Sequence record: NC_042013.1
DNA length: 64,000 nt
Reading direction: 5' to 3' (one strand)
How positions within the stretch are numbered: the stretch's first letter is position 1; each line of letters opens with the position of its first letter. Below the pieces are notes generated by a model. That model made no database searches, was not told where the DNA came from, and saw nothing but the letters and a program-made list of their open reading frames with translations. Made by a program: the position numbers and the translations under genes. This document shows, in pieces, positions 18,514 through 27,918 of this stretch.

Positions 18514-18811
18514 GACGCACAGCCTAACATCGCCTATGTATGTTATTATGATAGGTGATGAATTTTATGCAATCGATTCGTCATCTGGATATCCTTATCA
18601 GTCCCCGTGGATAAGTACCGCTAAAAATTTTGGTTCGGCTGCATCGGCGGCAAAAGCAGCAAATATCGATAGTATCTCTATTTTCAAGAATGAAATTCTC
18701 ACTCCTGTTAAGGTAACGGGAATTGTTTATGAAAATGTTGATACTGAAATTGAAAACGCATATCAGAAGGAATTGGCTGAACTTAATAGGAGATATGGAA
18801 AGTCCTCTTGA
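18506..18811 (+). CDS. hypothetical protein
   Basis: C-terminal part of track ORF 18263; AIDSSSGYPY. Confidence 0.65.
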   Translation: MTKTHSLTSPMYVIMIGDEFYAIDSSSGYPYQSPWISTAKNFGSAASAAKAANIDSISIFKNEILTPVKVTGIVYENVDTEIENAYQKELAELNRRYGKSS

Positions 18812-18847
18812 CATAAAGATTTTTTTCATATAAATAGAACATATCAC

Positions 18848-18923
18848 GGGTGCTTAGCTCAGTTGGTAGAGCAATCGGCTCTTAACCGGTTGGTCACAGG
18901 TTCGAACCCTGTAGCACCTACCA
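18848..18923 (+). tRNA. trnK: tRNA-Lys (anticodon CTT)
   Basis: 76-nt cloverleaf; acceptor GGGTGCT/AGCACCT, loop CT-CTT-AA, TTCGAAC T-loop, encoded CCA; upstream TTGACA and TATAAATA. Confidence 0.95.
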
Positions 18924-18929
18924 TTTTTC

Positions 18930-18937
18930 AATAAATA
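18930..18937 (+). promoter_or_regulatory. T4-like late promoter
   Basis: AATAAATA upstream of 18965. Confidence 0.55.
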
Positions 18938-18964
18938 CCGGTATATGATTAAAAGGATATACCT

Positions 18965-19801
18965 ATGTCTAAAACACTAATCGAACGTATTATTGAATGT
19001 CGTGTTAAAGGCGACGAAAAGGAAGCATCTAAGTTGTTTGAACAACTTGTTGAAGAAAACTCATTTACCGAGGTTGGTTTTGATATCGATCTTGAGGAAG
19101 ATGAAAAACATCCCGGCTTTGATAAAGTTGCTGACGAAATTGCTGATAAAGAAGGCGTTTCAAAAGAAGAGGCGTCCGCAATTCTTGCTGCAAGTTCTCG
19201 TAATGCTTCAGCGAAAGCAAAGAAAGCAAATCCAAATCTTAAGAAAGTTTCGGAATCCGGTTCTCTTCGTAATTTCATGAACATTATCAAAGAATCATCC
19301 GAAAACGAATTCTATAAGTATATTGCCAATGGCGAGGAGTTCGTAGTTTCATTCGCTGATCCAGTTCTAAAACAGTATACAGACCTCGTTTACAAGTATG
19401 GTTTCAATTCTGTTCCTGAAAAAGTAAATGTTGCAAAGGTTGATCATATTCGTAAGATTCAATTAGGTGTATTTCAACGCTCTGACTCATTTGCTGATTT
19501 GATTCGCGGTGTTGATTGGGGATATTCTGAAGAAGATATGCGCCAGCTTGCACGTGACTTTTACGAGTATCGTTTACGTCCAGTTATGAAGGAATGTGAT
19601 GCTAAACAGTATGCTCTCGAGGAAGATAGCATCAATGAAGTTTCTGCAGAGCGTTTAACTGATTATGCAAAGAAATCTTCTGACAAAGAAGATCGTCATT
19701 ATGATAATGGCGAAAAGAAACGCGCACAGAAGGTTTCGGATTCCCGTGATCTTGCTCAAAAGAAATTGTTGGGTCAGGCAAAGATCAACACCACGCGATA
19801 A
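18965..19801 (+). CDS. putative late/internal head protein
   Basis: Own late promoter and terminator; several I/L-x-E sites; HPGF..VA..IA..EG.S...A.AILA..SR.AS..AKKANP block. Confidence 0.65.
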   Translation: MSKTLIERIIECRVKGDEKEASKLFEQLVEENSFTEVGFDIDLEEDEKHPGFDKVADEIADKEGVSKEEASAILAASSRNASAKAKKANPNLKKVSESGSLRNFMNIIKESSENEFYKYIANGEEFVVSFADPVLKQYTDLVYKYGFNSVPEKVNVAKVDHIRKIQLGVFQRSDSFADLIRGVDWGYSEEDMRQLARDFYEYRLRPVMKECDAKQYALEEDSINEVSAERLTDYAKKSSDKEDRHYDNGEKKRAQKVSDSRDLAQKKLLGQAKINTTR

Positions 19802-19805
19802 AATA

Positions 19806-19832
19806 AAGGGGCTTTTAAGCCCCTTCTTTTTT
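19806..19832. terminator. bidirectional intrinsic terminator
   Basis: AAGGGGCT/AGCCCCTT stem with T-tract between convergent genes. Confidence 0.85.
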
Positions 19833-20135
19833 AAGAACATCAACTATTGATTGGACATAGTTGTCCATAAAATTGTAATCTTTTCCTTTAAACCCAAATA
19901 CCAATGGAATGTCGGAATGGATGCTAAAATTGAAAAATTTAAAACGTGTATCAATAGATACCGGAAGAACATCCGTGATATCGTGATAAATTGTTAATAT
20001 CCGACCTTCCTCCGAATACCATACGTAACCTGCTTCATTTAACTTTTCTTTTAAAGTATCTGGTGCAGATTCCGAAAGTTCGGGAAAATAATATTCAAAA
20101 TTAGATTTTAGTTCTATACAAAAAACGGTTGGCAT
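19815..20135 (-). CDS. family A protein (inverted)
   Basis: GYVW; ITDVLPV. Confidence 0.7.
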   Translation of the reverse strand: MPTVFCIELKSNFEYYFPELSESAPDTLKEKLNEAGYVWYSEEGRILTIYHDITDVLPVSIDTRFKFFNFSIHSDIPLVFGFKGKDYNFMDNYVQSIVDVLKKEGA

Positions 20136-20196
20136 CTTGCTTACTCCTATTCGTGTATGTTATCATATAAAAAATAAAATGCAATGAGGATTGTAA

Positions 20197-20529
20197 ATGC
20201 GTATATCTGAAAATGTTTATATTTGGTATGTTCCTTTGGATGGAAAAAAACTTATACCCGATTCTTTCATTGAAGCAGGAATTTGTGAAGAAGAATTAGA
20301 ACGTATTATTAAACAAGGGTTTTATTGGATATGTGACCGTTCTGAGGATATAGACATGAGAACCATATCCAGTAGACTATCGGATATATATCCAATGAAT
20401 GATGATAGAATTCCTGATACAAATCAAGATTTGGGCTTCGGATCAGAATTTATCATTAATAGGCCATTTACTGATTTTGATGGTGATTTAGAGGCTTACC
20501 TCTATGATTTTGGTCTTGATTGGGTTTAA
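20197..20529 (+). CDS. family A protein
   Basis: GFYW; LSDIYPM. Confidence 0.7.
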   Translation: MRISENVYIWYVPLDGKKLIPDSFIEAGICEEELERIIKQGFYWICDRSEDIDMRTISSRLSDIYPMNDDRIPDTNQDLGFGSEFIINRPFTDFDGDLEAYLYDFGLDWV

Positions 20530-20537
20530 AAAATTCC

Positions 20538-20580
20538 TTGACATTATTTCTGAATATGGTATTAGATATACTATCGAAAC
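20538..20580 (+). promoter_or_regulatory. early promoter with ATCGAAAC leader
   Basis: TTGACA-N16-TATTAG, ATCGAAAC 20573-20580. Confidence 0.7.
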
Positions 20581-20597
20581 ATTAAAGGAGATTGTCA

Positions 20598-20779
20598 TGT
20601 ATCGCATTATGGAAACGGGCTGCGCAAAGTGGATTATGGTTCGTGCTGACGGTAGCATTGGGTACACCTCTAACACGGATGACGCTACTATCTTTGAAGA
20701 ACACATTACTGACGTCTTTAAGAAGTATCCTGCTATTGAACGCTATAAGAGCACTTTGCATATTAGCGATTCATTCTAA
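20598..20779 (+). CDS. small hypothetical protein
   Basis: AAGGAG RBS before ATG. Confidence 0.65.
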
Positions 20780-20784
20780 TACTG

Positions 20785-20792
20785 TATAAATA
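20785..20792 (+). promoter_or_regulatory. T4-like late promoter
   Basis: Exact TATAAATA upstream of 20813. Confidence 0.7.
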
Positions 20793-20812
20793 ATTATACA
20801 GGAGAACAAATT

Positions 20813-21160
20813 ATGCGCCTATCAGAAATTTTAGAAGAACCTGAATATTATCAATCAGAGGACGACATTGATCAATCCTCACTTCGTGAAATTTATGATG
20901 GGGTAGCTTTCATCGCATCTAAATATCGCTCCACTAATCTTGGGGCGGCATTATTCAACAATCTTCCTTTTGAAGATAAGCTAACTTATTTCAATGAAAA
21001 AATAATTCCATTGTATCGTAAACACAATCTACCTATTCGTGGTAAACGTCCATATGGCGATTTTCAAGATGACGTGCGTAAAATGTGGAGAGAAATCGAA
21101 AAAGATGATACCCTTGATTATTTCGACAATAATGTTGTGAAATCTGTTCTTGGTATCTAA
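20813..21160 (+). CDS. putative internal head protein
   Basis: MRLSEILEE N-terminus, late promoter. Confidence 0.6.
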   Translation: MRLSEILEEPEYYQSEDDIDQSSLREIYDGVAFIASKYRSTNLGAALFNNLPFEDKLTYFNEKIIPLYRKHNLPIRGKRPYGDFQDDVRKMWREIEKDDTLDYFDNNVVKSVLGI

Positions 21161-21214
21161 CACCTTTACATTTTGATATTTTTGACATACAATTTCTTAA
21201 AAGGAGACTGTGTG

Positions 21215-21526
21215 ATGGAATTCGCGTATCGAAGTTTTGAAAACCTCGTCAATATTAATGACTATCGAAATTTATACAATTTGGAACCTGATCACGATGG
21301 TTCTGTATGGATTCATTGTCTTCATAAAATTGACTTCACAAACTATTTTCCATACGTTTTGGATATGGAAAAGTATTATTACTTTTCATTTGATACTGAT
21401 CGTGTTTTTTGGAAAGAACGCGGTGAAAAGATGAAATCAGCCATTTTCAATAATGGTAATCTTATGGAGACATTTAAATATTCGTTGGAGTTGATAAATG
21501 ATACGAATGTTGACATTCAGAAGTAA
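21215..21526 (+). CDS. family A protein
   Basis: FAYRS; GSVW; FTNYFPY. Confidence 0.72.
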   Translation: MEFAYRSFENLVNINDYRNLYNLEPDHDGSVWIHCLHKIDFTNYFPYVLDMEKYYYFSFDTDRVFWKERGEKMKSAIFNNGNLMETFKYSLELINDTNVDIQK

Positions 21527-21815
21527 AGAAAACATTGATAGAAATGGTCTCATTAAATCATACGGTCTTGAAGAGTATGGTATAACCGTATGCCCACCAA
21601 AAGGGCTGTGGTTCATTTCGGGAACTACCACCGTTAACTATACTGATTATGTTCCATTTAAGTTGGATACTACCAGATATGAATTTATATGTATAACTCC
21701 TACATTCTTTAGGTGGAGTTTTATAGATGATCGCATTGGTGAAATTAAGAATATAAATGAAAAAGATTCAAATTTCGCAAAAGCATTTCATCATTTAAAT
21801 TCTCTGGTTAAATAA
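21498..21815 (+). CDS. family A protein
   Basis: LTFRS; GLW; YTDYVPF. Confidence 0.72.
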   Translation: MIRMLTFRSKENIDRNGLIKSYGLEEYGITVCPPKGLWFISGTTTVNYTDYVPFKLDTTRYEFICITPTFFRWSFIDDRIGEIKNINEKDSNFAKAFHHLNSLVK

Positions 21816-21819
21816 TTGC

Positions 21820-21847
21820 TTGACATTATTTTTAGATACTGTATTAT
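21820..21847 (+). promoter_or_regulatory. early promoter
   Basis: TTGACA-N16-TATTAT. Confidence 0.65.
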
Positions 21848-21874
21848 CAATGAAAATATTGATAGGAGGTTATC

Positions 21875-22366
21875 GTGTCAAAGCAAACATATCATTATTA
21901 TGTAAGTAGAAATCGTCAAGAAAAGTGGAATATAACTTATTACCGCGATTCTCTTAATAATGTTTTGGGAAGCATCAAACCAAATCGGTTTGCCACATAC
22001 GATTCCAATGTTCTATCTATTCTATATCGTATCAATCACAAGATGCTTCATGCGTCATATTCCGTCGATACTAATGATATCCGTCAATGGAAAGAGATGA
22101 ATAAAGAAATTCAGGATTCATTTCTTAAGGAAGTGAACGATATCGATACTGAGTTGAAAGAACTTCAAACCAAGTTTAAGAATATGTTGTTCTTTTGGAT
22201 GCAATCGTTTGATATCTTTTTGACTACCATGAAAATCGATACCTACCTTGACAAGCTCGGGGAAAAATATTATACAACTTTTATTGTGGAAATTCTTGAA
22301 AAGTGGTTCCCTGACGAAATTCCATCTAACGTGAAAACGTTGATAAAGGAGATCAAAGGTGTTTAA
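21875..22366 (+). CDS. hypothetical protein
   Basis: AGGAGG RBS, GTG start. Confidence 0.72.
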   Translation: MSKQTYHYYVSRNRQEKWNITYYRDSLNNVLGSIKPNRFATYDSNVLSILYRINHKMLHASYSVDTNDIRQWKEMNKEIQDSFLKEVNDIDTELKELQTKFKNMLFFWMQSFDIFLTTMKIDTYLDKLGEKYYTTFIVEILEKWFPDEIPSNVKTLIKEIKGV

Positions 22367-22577
22367 AGCAAAAACCGTTGTGAATAAGATTACTGTTCCA
22401 TCAACGGCAAAGCTTGAACTGGTCAAAGGTGAAGGGTATTGGTATTTTGTTTATGATGATGTAATCAATAACAAATACGATACCCATTCTGAATATGTGT
22501 TTTATCTGAATAGTTTGGATTTAGATAATTGGGTTGATATTGGAACAAAATTCGTTGAACGTATGAAGGGAGAATAA
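22359..22577 (+). CDS. hypothetical protein
   Basis: AAGGAG RBS. Confidence 0.65.
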   Translation: MFKAKTVVNKITVPSTAKLELVKGEGYWYFVYDDVINNKYDTHSEYVFYLNSLDLDNWVDIGTKFVERMKGE

Positions 22578-22579
22578 TC

Positions 22580-23131
22580 ATGAATATGAACGAACTTATT
22601 ACCGCCGCCGTTGCTAACGTTAACGATAATCAATCTCTTGACAGCTATAGTCTTCTTGAATGCTTTGAACTCGACCATAGTTATGTCGAACTCGAGGATC
22701 ATGGATTTAGCACTCGCCGGATTGGTGGCTGGAGAGTTGATGGGTACGTTGTCGGAAAATATGTAGTCCTTCTTGATGAAGTTCCTATTTGTATTGCCAA
22801 TCATTCCAAGAAGGCAGTATCTTACGAATGGATTTCAAAGGAGGCTTTTGAAAAGACTCGTGCAAAGCTACTGGAATTGGTAACTCCACGAATTGAAATC
22901 AATCTTGTTGATATGAACAAGGATATGGGCGACGGGTTTGATGTGTATTATGGGGATAGCATCATTGGAGACATCGTCATCTTGAAGGAAACAGGCGAAC
23001 AGTGGAAGGTTCATAAAACCTTTACTGGATATAACGAAATCGCCCGTTGGGAAGACATTGTAATCGAAAAAGACGGTGTCAAGAAAGAAGTTAAAACCAA
23101 CGAAATCATTGTACCGTGGTTTAATAAGTAA
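22580..23131 (+). CDS. phage hypothetical protein
   Basis: 183 aa; loosely similar to 54193-54621. Confidence 0.72.
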   Translation: MNMNELITAAVANVNDNQSLDSYSLLECFELDHSYVELEDHGFSTRRIGGWRVDGYVVGKYVVLLDEVPICIANHSKKAVSYEWISKEAFEKTRAKLLELVTPRIEINLVDMNKDMGDGFDVYYGDSIIGDIVILKETGEQWKVHKTFTGYNEIARWEDIVIEKDGVKKEVKTNEIIVPWFNK

Positions 23132-23143
23132 AGGATATGACAA

Positions 23144-23533
23144 ATGTTCATGAGAGAGGATAACAACGTCTATGAAAAAGACATAAGGTCTATCATAACG
23201 TATGAAATGGAGTCTGGAATTGAAAACAGGGTATATGACGCTATTAGTCGGTTATCATCTTTGGTAGAACTTCTTCTTTCGAAGGGAATTATTACGGAGG
23301 AGGAGGTTTATGACATTGCCGAAATTCCAGCCAACCGGCGTTTTTATACCACTTTGAATAATTATGATATTCAATATACCAAAAATTCAAAATACGAATT
23401 GCTCAAATATACTATTGATCCAGACAATAATAGTTGGGAAATTCCGGTTATCAAACACGTAATCACAACAGGAAATTATGCAGAAGTAAAAACCGCAAAA
23501 GAAACATTAGAAGATGACCAAAAATATAAATGA
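23144..23533 (+). CDS. hypothetical protein
   Basis: ORF in operon. Confidence 0.65.
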   Translation: MFMREDNNVYEKDIRSIITYEMESGIENRVYDAISRLSSLVELLLSKGIITEEEVYDIAEIPANRRFYTTLNNYDIQYTKNSKYELLKYTIDPDNNSWEIPVIKHVITTGNYAEVKTAKETLEDDQKYK

Positions 23534-23897
23534 GGTAGACCGCGTTAAGCGGTTTCCTCTTCTCATTCGTGGCATGGAAAATCCATCTGAAGAAGTTCAG
23601 ATGGCTGCGATTGATCATTCGTTATATCTTATTAGAGATATAGAAAATCCGACTATTAATGTGATGTTGTATGTGGTTAATCAAGACGGATATATGCTTG
23701 AATACTTGTATGAACCACCGCAAGAAGTCCAAGTTGCCGCAATTAGAAACAATCCTTATGCGATTCGTTTTGTTAAAAATAAAACACCGGAAATGCAACT
23801 TCTAGCCATTATGAATAATCCCGATGTTATTCATCACATTATCAATCTTCACGATGATGCGATTGAATATCTGAAATCCGCTGGAATATACAAATAA
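23514..23897 (+). CDS. DUF4116-like helical repeat protein
   Basis: About 24-aa repeats I..I.NP..EVQ.AAI. Confidence 0.7.
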   Translation: MTKNINEVDRVKRFPLLIRGMENPSEEVQMAAIDHSLYLIRDIENPTINVMLYVVNQDGYMLEYLYEPPQEVQVAAIRNNPYAIRFVKNKTPEMQLLAIMNNPDVIHHIINLHDDAIEYLKSAGIYK

Positions 23898-23901
23898 TGA
23901 T

Positions 23902-23943
23902 TTGACATTATTTTTTAATAGCGTATAACTGAACCATCGAAAC
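23902..23943 (+). promoter_or_regulatory. early promoter with ATCGAAAC leader
   Basis: TTGACA-N16-TATAAC, ATCGAAAC 23936-23943. Confidence 0.75.
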
Positions 23944-23961
23944 ATTGAAGGAGATTTGTAG

Positions 23962-24321
23962 ATGGGAAATTATCTTTATAAAGTGACCGCAAATCGTGTT
24001 GCCCTTGAAGATGGTACATTTGCAAATATTGCCGTTTATGCATTCAAGCCGACATTCAGCGATGAAAAAGAAAACGCGCTTATGCGCCGTCAAACCGCGT
24101 GCTTTGTATCGGATCGATTTGTTAAAGGTAGCAAATACACGGGACGCATTGTTCTTGGTTCACTAAGTGCCGATGGCAAGACCGCAATCGTTGGCACCGT
24201 TGCTTATAACAATACGAGCGGGACCGTTATGGACTATGAGTTGTCAAAGGACAATATTGCTGGTAAGGTTGTTCTTATCAGTGAAACAGGTGATGAGACG
24301 GTCGCAAAGGTTTTTAAATGA
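23962..24321 (+). CDS. hypothetical early protein
   Basis: AAGGAG RBS behind strong promoter. Confidence 0.75.
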   Translation: MGNYLYKVTANRVALEDGTFANIAVYAFKPTFSDEKENALMRRQTACFVSDRFVKGSKYTGRIVLGSLSADGKTAIVGTVAYNNTSGTVMDYELSKDNIAGKVVLISETGDETVAKVFK

Positions 24322-24668
24322 ATATTCCACCGAGGACAACACTGTTTTATGATAGATATAACAATATAAATCATAATTTTGTATGGTTCGAAGAGCGCGA
24401 ATATAAGAAAAACGAAAAAACATTTTTCTTGTATCGGGCGTCATATGACGCAACTGTTATTGCTGAAAAAGCAAGTAGCCTTCTACCAATTAACATAGAT
24501 TCTCATGTTACCGACGATATGGAGGAAATTTCTATTAAAATTAATCCAACTGGTTTTGATATCGAAATCATATATAATCCTTACAGGGATAATATTAGAA
24601 CATTTCGTGAAGAACCAACTATCGACAATATCGAAGCAAGATTTATAGAAATGATAGGTGCAAAATGA
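24318..24668 (+). CDS. probable family A protein
   Basis: ASSLLPI. Confidence 0.6.
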   Translation: MNIPPRTTLFYDRYNNINHNFVWFEEREYKKNEKTFFLYRASYDATVIAEKASSLLPINIDSHVTDDMEEISIKINPTGFDIEIIYNPYRDNIRTFREEPTIDNIEARFIEMIGAK

Positions 24669-24970
24669 AATTGTTTTTGGACGACGAACGCGAACCAAGT
24701 TTTGACGACCCCGAATTGAAAATCGCAAGGTCGTTCGATGAGGCAGTCGAACTGGTGAAAACATATGGTTTCCCTGATGAGGTTTTCTTCGATCACGATC
24801 TAGGTGATGGACGTAACGGCTATCATTTTGCAATGTTCCTTGTCGATTTGGATATGGATACTGGTACAATGCCAGATACCTTTAAATTTTTTGTTCATAG
24901 TCAGAATCCGATTGGTAGAAAGAACATTGAAAACCTTATGAACTCTTATATGAGAGAACGAAATTGGTAA
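24665..24970 (+). CDS. cyclic-phosphate-processing receiver-like domain protein
   Basis: LFLDDER.P, FDHDLG, GY, VHSQNP.G motifs. Confidence 0.85.
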   Translation: MKLFLDDEREPSFDDPELKIARSFDEAVELVKTYGFPDEVFFDHDLGDGRNGYHFAMFLVDLDMDTGTMPDTFKFFVHSQNPIGRKNIENLMNSYMRERNW

Positions 24971-25254
24971 CCAGTACGCTAATCATCAGGAATAACCAGT
25001 CATTACGAAGTGTGTATGTATTGGACGGTAGATATATATGGATTGACTGTATAACTGATGTTCTTCCGGTGGTTATAACGGATATTGGTTATTATGAATC
25101 ATTGGAGATACGATGGTTTCGTGATCAGACGAAATTTATTGGGAAATTTAAAGATGACGGTGGATTCGTATTTCACGAACATACCACGGTAGGTATTGGT
25201 GATTTGGATGACATGGTATCATTAATTACACGAAGGGAATCGTTTCGTGGCTGA
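24964..25254 (+). CDS. family A protein
   Basis: ITDVLPV. Confidence 0.68.
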   Translation: MVTSTLIIRNNQSLRSVYVLDGRYIWIDCITDVLPVVITDIGYYESLEIRWFRDQTKFIGKFKDDGGFVFHEHTTVGIGDLDDMVSLITRRESFRG

Positions 25255-25624
25255 AATCTCGTTAATATATCAAAAAGCGGCGTTGGCAAGAAGAAGAACA
25301 ATTTCTCCTGCTGTACAATATCTTAATGACTTTTCTCATATCCATAATGATACTCACATTTTTAAAATGAACTACCGGATTATTAACAAGCATTATGCTT
25401 ATGTTTGTAAAGATATTACTGAGTTTTTTCCTAATAATTTTCCTAATTTGGAATTTACAAAGGAATTTTGTTTTTCATTCTTGGCTGATAGTACGGTCGT
25501 GTACATTGAATATTTTGGAGATTCGTTATATAAAGAATATTCAGAAATTCTAACACCACGTGAGGTATTTCGTAAATTAGATTGCGAACGTATTAATTAT
25601 CGGGATTTTAAAAATGAATGGTGA
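25247..25624 (+). CDS. family A protein
   Basis: ITEFFPN. Confidence 0.68.
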   Translation: MAEISLIYQKAALARRRTISPAVQYLNDFSHIHNDTHIFKMNYRIINKHYAYVCKDITEFFPNNFPNLEFTKEFCFSFLADSTVVYIEYFGDSLYKEYSEILTPREVFRKLDCERINYRDFKNEW

Positions 25625-25946
25625 ACAACATATTTTTCATTATATTAAGTACGGGTTGTTAGCTCAATCGTACATCATTAACAAAATAGATGTTGACATA
25701 AATAAAATGGTTTTTGCCTACGTTTATAATCTGCCGTCAGCAAAAACATACGTTTCTATTGATAATGAAGATTTAATTCCATATAAATGTAATTTTTCCA
25801 GATTTAGTAAAATAACTATTAGACGTGGTGAATTGTTTACGTCTTTCACATATAGTATCATTTACAGTGACCGTGTTCATACGTATAAAATCCCTGAGAG
25901 ATTATCATTAGATAAAATCTTTGAAATTGTTCAAACATTGGAGTGA
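25614..25946 (+). CDS. family A protein
   Basis: NEDLIPY. Confidence 0.66.
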   Translation: MNGEQHIFHYIKYGLLAQSYIINKIDVDINKMVFAYVYNLPSAKTYVSIDNEDLIPYKCNFSRFSKITIRRGELFTSFTYSIIYSDRVHTYKIPERLSLDKIFEIVQTLE

Positions 25947-26272
25947 AAAATTTGAGTATCACCATTCATAGAATGAAAATTTCCAGTCTTGATCATTCTA
26001 TGTTCGCAAAACCATATTGGGAATTCAACAACGCCTATAATGATAACACGATGGTATTCGCATTGGTATATGATGGTTTGACTCACCTTTATGATAACCT
26101 GTCAGATATCATTCCCGTTGAGATTGAGGACACTGGTATGAAAAATTTCACACTGGTATTTGGTGAAAAGTGGACGGTGGTTGGTGAATCTTTTCAAAAG
26201 TATAAAACTAAAAAAGTTCCGGCCAGCGAAACGATGAACTTAAGAGATGTCATCGTAGAGTTGGCGCGTTAA
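25943..26272 (+). CDS. family A protein
   Basis: LSDIIPV. Confidence 0.72.
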   Translation: MKNLSITIHRMKISSLDHSMFAKPYWEFNNAYNDNTMVFALVYDGLTHLYDNLSDIIPVEIEDTGMKNFTLVFGEKWTVVGESFQKYKTKKVPASETMNLRDVIVELAR

Positions 26273-26748
26273 TCATCTATACCTTTTCTATAAACCGTTT
26301 TTGGGATAATTTTATTCTTAGGTACTTTTTGACCGGTTCTTGAAACGCCTACAGGGTTGTTTGGCGTGGTTTTAACTGCGTCAGGATTAGATACTACTTT
26401 GACCGGTATCGTCAACGGGTGCTTTCCTGTGGCCTGAAGAACAATGGTCTCGTCAGGATCATCCTCGCGTGCCACGGCATCAAGTTCTTTTTTATAACCG
26501 AGGCTTTGGTCTATTTTTGCATTCTTCATCAAATTATAAACCGAACCAAGCGGGATGTCTGCAATCTCTGAACGTTGATTCAAACGCTGAACAAAATGAT
26601 TGTCTTTGTTTGTAGGGATATCAACATCCAAAACTGGTGCTGCCTTTTTTATCTTTTCCTCTGGTTGGTAAACGAATGCGTCGAGCGCTTTTTCAATGCG
26701 TTTCAAATCGTAAGCGCTAATGTCTTCAAGAAGATCGATAAGTCTCAT
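26269..26748 (-). CDS. putative internal head protein, possible RelE/BECR-like fold
   Basis: MRLIDLLE N-terminus; AATAAATA at 26770-26777 (-); HFVQRLNQR and KTVYRK motifs. Confidence 0.55.
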   Translation of the reverse strand: MRLIDLLEDISAYDLKRIEKALDAFVYQPEEKIKKAAPVLDVDIPTNKDNHFVQRLNQRSEIADIPLGSVYNLMKNAKIDQSLGYKKELDAVAREDDPDETIVLQATGKHPLTIPVKVVSNPDAVKTTPNNPVGVSRTGQKVPKNKIIPKTVYRKGIDD

Positions 26749-26818
26749 ATTATAAAATCCCGTTTTAAATATTTATTATTAAACACGATGTTGGTATACT
26801 GGATGAAATACGGGATAT

Positions 26819-27196
26819 GTGGTTATGGTCAATTTTAGATATTACAGCGACAAAATGCGTTCGTTTTTTGCCGGTTCACTGGACGAAAAAGTGATAAACA
26901 GTTTGTTTGCAAAAGGCGCGTATTCATTAGCAATAAACGGTAATAATGTGATATACGGGCCGGTATCAGACTTTATTCCGGTATCTTCATTTGAACCAGA
27001 TTTTGATGAAATTAATTTTAGTACAACAAGCCTAAGAGCAAAAGCTTATAAATTGGTGAACGGCGGCGTCCTTCATCTTGAACCAATAATTGAAATTTCT
27101 TATGACACTATTAACGAATTTTATGAAGATATGGGTAATAATTTTTATTATCCCGGCATCCACGAAGTTCGAAAAGTTACCATTATCAATCTTTGA
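26819..27196 (+). CDS. family A protein
   Basis: FRYYS; VSDFIPV. Confidence 0.7.
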   Translation: MVMVNFRYYSDKMRSFFAGSLDEKVINSLFAKGAYSLAINGNNVIYGPVSDFIPVSSFEPDFDEINFSTTSLRAKAYKLVNGGVLHLEPIIEISYDTINEFYEDMGNNFYYPGIHEVRKVTIINL

Positions 27197-27249
27197 CTTG
27201 ACTATACGGAAATAAATGGTATATCTCTTGTATATTCGGAGAGATTTAT

Positions 27250-27585
27250 ATGCTTATAACCAAAAACTTTAACGCGTGGTACGATCCTTCAGTAACTGAT
27301 GAGCATATCACCGCTATTATGAAGCTTGGCGTTAAGCAAGATATCGTTGATAAAATTGTTCATCAAAAATTTTTTTGGAGTGTGATCATATCAAGAATAA
27401 ACCATTGGTACGTTTCAGATACATTGATATCTTTTTTTCCTATAGAAAAAAATTATTATTTTCCTGAACTAAAACATCCGGTGAAATTTACACACAACTC
27501 TATAATTAATTATGAAAGACAAACAACGAATCCTTTTGATGGTGACATTATTCGGATTATTAATGAAAAGGGGACACCATGCTAG
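27250..27585 (+). CDS. family A protein
   Basis: FFW; LISFFPI. Confidence 0.66.
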   Translation: MLITKNFNAWYDPSVTDEHITAIMKLGVKQDIVDKIVHQKFFWSVIISRINHWYVSDTLISFFPIEKNYYFPELKHPVKFTHNSIINYERQTTNPFDGDIIRIINEKGTPC

Positions 27586-27914
27586 ATATTAATGTAATTG
27601 AATATAGAGATATTTCAATTTATAAACAAGAAGAACTTAAAATATTCTTTGATGTATTCAGTAATACGATAATGCATTCTACCGTAGATGAAGTAATGAA
27701 ACATGGTAGCGTTTGGATACATACGTTATTTGACGTTAATTCATTTGGAAGAACCGACAGAATTTCGATACACCTGTCAGATTTCGTCGCCGTTAACGAT
27801 ATAACGGTTCCGTATGAAGCGGTAGTTTTGCGTAATAACTCGGTTGAGCTTTTTAACGAAGGTGGTAAAGGAACCTTTAAAAATTTTAATGATTTCGTTG
27901 ATTATTGGGAATGA
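27579..27914 (+). CDS. family A protein
   Basis: IEYRD; GSVW; LSDFVAV. Confidence 0.66.
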   Translation: MLDINVIEYRDISIYKQEELKIFFDVFSNTIMHSTVDEVMKHGSVWIHTLFDVNSFGRTDRISIHLSDFVAVNDITVPYEAVVLRNNSVELFNEGGKGTFKNFNDFVDYWE

Positions 27915-27918
27915 TAAA

